In this document: one piece after another, positions 60,872 to 64,000 of the stretch
How the letters are laid out: every line of letters starts with the position of its first letter
How positions within the stretch are numbered: position 1 is the stretch's first letter
Source: Leptolyngbyaceae cyanobacterium
Lineage (GTDB): Bacteria > Cyanobacteriota > Cyanobacteriia > Phormidesmidales > Phormidesmidaceae
Direction of reading: 5' to 3'
Assembly: GCA_965263355.1 (NCBI GenBank)
Contig: CBDHHL010000032.1
Coordinates: 2,016,001 to 2,080,000 of the forward strand
Length of the DNA: 64,000 bases
Notes under the pieces: model-generated
What the model was told of the DNA's origin: nothing
Database searches by the model: none
What the model saw: the letters and a program-made list of their open reading frames with translations, nothing else
Program-made: the position numbers and the translations under genes

Positions 60872-62876
60872 ATGTTTTCTGAGGATTTCCAGGTTGCCCT
60901 GCACGACCTTGGTTGATGGATGATCTGCCCCCAAAATCCGCTCGAAAATCTTCAGCGCTTCAAGATAGAGCGGTTCGGCTGCCTCATAACGGCCTTGATT
61001 GTCGTAGAGTAACGCCAAGTTATTGAGGCTTAATGCGACATCGGGATGCTTGTCGCCCAACAGCTCTTTGCTCATCTCAAGCGCTTCAAGATAGAGCGGT
61101 TCGGCTGCCTCATAACGGCCTTGATTGTCGTAACGCCAAGTTATTGAGGCTTGACATCGGGATGCTTGTCGCCCAACAGCTCTTTGCGCATCTCAAGCGG
61201 TTGCCGCCAAGTTATTGAGGCTTAATGCGCTTCAAGATAGAGCGGTTCGGCTGCCTCATAACGGCCTTGATTGGCGTAAGTGCCGCCAAGTTATTGAGGC
61301 TTAATGCGACATCGGGATGCTTGTCGCCCAACAGCTCTTTGCGCATCTCAAGCGCTTCAAGATAGAGCGGTTCGGCTGCCTCGTAGCGCCCTTGAGCATT
61401 TAAATAAAAACCGGCTTGATTACAAATTAATCCCAGCGCTTCAGTTCGCACATTCTCTTGCTCAGCATAGTTCCGCACTTGTAACCAATGAGGCAATAGC
61501 CCAGCACAGTAAACCCAATACTTAAATTCACTTCCAGGATACGCCGCATTTAGCCCCTCAACTCCAAAGGTCACCCAACCAGTCCGCACCGCCTCATCCA
61601 TCTCATCCCGCACCACCGACTGCACCAACCGATGCACCCCATAGCGCTGGTTCTCCCCATCCCACCGCACCAGCGAGTACTGGCTCAATGGTTCCAATAA
61701 TTCCGCCATCGTCACCACCGCCAGGTCATACTCCTCCTGCCCCAGCAGTTCTGCTAGAGTCTTCCCCAAGTGCTTGGCCCCAGCAATCACCATCCAATAG
61801 GGAATATCATCCGGCGCAAAAAAAGCACTTAGTTGCAATAGCTCCGACGAAGCCGGACTTTTTTCTGCCACCGCCTCAACGTTCAGCTTCCAGGTCTTCA
61901 GCACCGACGATGGATACTTGCCCGTCTTGGCCTTAGCCTTTTCTAACTGCGTCAGCCCCAACCGATCATAGAGCTTCAAATAACTCTCAAACCCAATATG
62001 CTGCTGCTTGATATACGCCCCAGCCTGCTCCAACGCCAAAGGTAATCCATCCAATTTTTCATTCAACGCCGCTGCACTGGCTTCCTCTTTCCGCCCCGTC
62101 CGCTGCAATAGTAGTGCTACCGCCTCATCTTCGTGCAACACATCCAACGCAATCGGCTGCTTAATCCCCACCGAGTCAAACACCGCTGCCCGCGATGTCA
62201 GCAATACCGTTCCTTTAGGATTATTCGGCAACCAATCCACTAGCAGTTCTGGCTCATCCGCATTGTCAAACACCAGCAGCCAGCCATCTTGGTTCGTCAA
62301 CCACGCCCGCACCGCCGGAATTTTCTCCTCTTCAGTCCCCTTTGCTTCCGGTAACACCAACTGAGCCGCCAGGTTAGCAAAATCCGTCGCCAGGTTAGTC
62401 CCCGTATCCGCCTTTACCCAAAACACATAGCTATAAAACGTTTCGTCATAGAAATACCGATAGGCATACTCCACTGCCGTCTGGGTTTTACCAATGCCCC
62501 CCAATCCGCTGATCGCCTGCACCTGACTAATCGCCACCGCCTTCATTTGCGTTAGCTGCCGGTGCAATTTTTTCAGGATCTCAGTTCGTCCCGTAAAGTA
62601 AATATTCCGCTGGTAAGGCACCCCAAAACATACCGGTTCCCCTGGCTTTGCTGCCGTCATCCCTTGGTAAATCTCAACCTTGGCATTTTCTCCAATTGAG
62701 CCAATACCAATATTTTTATCTCCTGTAAATTGTTGCTTTACCTGAGTTGTTTCTGGTGTGGCAACATTATTTTTTTGCACAACAGCATCCCGTTTCCCTC
62801 GACCCCACAACCGAGAAACCCACGCCGCAATGCGCTGTATCAACCGCCTGAACCAGCTCCGCCGTCGCCTCACCAC
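60866..62876 (-). CDS. NLR-like NB-ARC + TPR protein; TPR tail frameshifted or scrambled (about 61120-61290)
   Basis: FTGRTEIL, GLGGIGKT, WLLVFDNA, GLPLALEQA; near-identical TPR units (QGRYEAAEPLYLEALEM.KELLGDKHPDVALSLNNLA) continue in ORF 60866..61075. Confidence 0.85.
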
Positions 62877-63302
62877 CTAACCCTGGGTAATGTTGACCGA
62901 CCCACTGGAGCTACCAATCACAATATTCCTATCCCCAACCACCGACTGCGCCACACTTACCGCCTGACCAACAGTCTCAGCATCCTTATCCAACAGCCCC
63001 TGCAATTCCTGTGCCAACTCCGGATTTGCCACCAGCACCTTCTTCAACTGAGACAACCAAATCTCCTGCGCCTCATCATCCTCACCATTTTCCGCCAACG
63101 CTTCCGCCGCCCCCTTCGCCAACGGCTTTTCCGTCACCTTCGGAGCCAGCTTACCCCACGCCTGCTTCGCCGTTTCCCAAGTCCCTTCCCCCAGCTTTTT
63201 ACCCAGCGCTTTACCAGTTTCCTCTGCAACAGGTTTACCCAACTTCAACAAATGAGGCAAAAACGGAGACAAAAACGAAGCCAAAAGAGCCGCCAGTTCC
63301 AT
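62877..63302 (-). CDS. Bell-domain-like helical protein with C-terminal amyloid-like motif
   Basis: Likely start MELAALLASFLSPFLP at 63302; helical body; C-terminus VAQSVVGDRNIVIGSSSGSVNITQG; abuts the NLR gene. Confidence 0.75.
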   Translation of the reverse strand: MELAALLASFLSPFLPHLLKLGKPVAEETGKALGKKLGEGTWETAKQAWGKLAPKVTEKPLAKGAAEALAENGEDDEAQEIWLSQLKKVLVANPELAQELQGLLDKDAETVGQAVSVAQSVVGDRNIVIGSSSGSVNITQG

Positions 63303-63397
63303 GGTCACTATTTTCCAAACTACTGCCCACAGTTTAGCCACAAATTCCCAAAATCAGGCCCCATCAATATAAAAATCACCCCAACGGGTACCACAAA

Positions 63398-63720
63398 CCC
63401 CCCTCGTAGGGTGGGTAAACACCCCACCACCCCCCTAATCATCTCGCCGAAGAATTATAACCTTACCCACCGTTCACCCAAATTCGAATATGACCAAATC
63501 CCTATGAGCCAAATCCCCCCTCGTAGGGTGGGTAAACACCCCACCAACCCCTTTACCATCTCGCCAGACTATAACCTTACCCACCGTTCACCCAAATTCG
63601 AATATGACCAAATCCCTATGAGCCCCCCCCCTCGTAGGGTGGGTAAACACCCCACCACCCCCCTGATCATTTCGCCGAAGAACTATAACCTTACCCACCG
63701 TTCACCCAAATTCGAATATG
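63398..63720. repeat. Three tandem units (periods 117 and 111 bp) each with a GTAG-type REP-like palindrome
   Basis: CGTAGGGTGGGTAA...TTACCCACCG at 63405, 63522 and 63633; units nearly identical. Confidence 0.88.
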
Positions 63721-63763
63721 CTCCAAAATGTTACAAGCCGAGTCTATAACCAGCTTAAAAGCA

Positions 63764-64000
63764 TCAACCAACCAGCCAATCCTCCATATGCAGATGAAGA
63801 ATATTCTCAAAATGACGAATATTATTAGTCACAACAATATCCCCACGAGAACGAGCCACAGCAGCAATCAGCGCATCCACTTCACCAGTCGGTTTACCTA
63901 TACGTCTCAATTCTCCTTGGAGCTTACCAAATTCTTCAGCTGCCAGCTGATCAAACGGAACAACCAACAAAAGGCTTAGTAATTGCTTCAGCACAGCCAG
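63764..64000 (-). CDS. vapC: PIN-domain toxin (3' part; start outside window)
   Basis: VPFDQLAAEEFG..GKPTGEVDALIAAVARSRGDIVVTNNIRHF..EDW. Confidence 0.88.
   Translation of the reverse strand: MAVLKQLLSLLLVVPFDQLAAEEFGKLQGELRRIGKPTGEVDALIAAVARSRGDIVVTNNIRHFENILHLHMEDWLVG

Noticed and set aside
63398..63720. CRISPR array (prompted by cas6 in the window)
   Set aside because: Whole units of about 115 bp are repeated with no unique spacers; the structure is REP-like.
62730..63749. 339-aa plus-strand ORF with repeats
   Set aside because: Antisense shadow of the Bell/NLR genes plus translation of the REP-like repeats; low complexity.

Overview
Cyanobacterial DNA (many HIP1 GCGATCGC octamers, PEP-CTERM proteins, rbp). 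About 31 kb (9764-40914, minus strand) is a hybrid biosynthetic assembly line. An iterative PUFA/Hgl-type fatty-acid synthase set (PfaA/HglE-like, HglF-like, KR-DH, PfaBC-like, PfaD) feeds a stand-alone ACP, three modular PKS units (two with catalytically dead ATs) and a split NRPS module (C-T // A-C, predicted Ser). On the left are a REC-AraC regulator, an MFS transporter, a DUF4386-like membrane protein, three PEP-CTERM proteins, an epimerase and an RND adaptor. On the right are an NB-ARC/WD40 protein, an RHH / heme-oxygenase-like / small-peptide cassette, a PAS kinase with a second REC-AraC, a flavoprotein, a type II thioesterase and a Cys-rich protein. The right end holds an orphan DNA methyltransferase, a solitary cas6 with no CRISPR array, rbp, an MBL-fold protein, ppa, and a small HTH gene preceded by a helically phased array of about 10 15-bp palindromes. 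It ends with a Bell-domain/NLR (NB-ARC-TPR) pair sharing an amyloid-like motif, a REP-like tandem array and a partial vapC. Three -1 frameshifts and a scrambled TPR tail may be assembly errors; one frameshift, on an A10 run, looks like a candidate programmed recoding site. All calls are by eye from motifs; no database searches were run.
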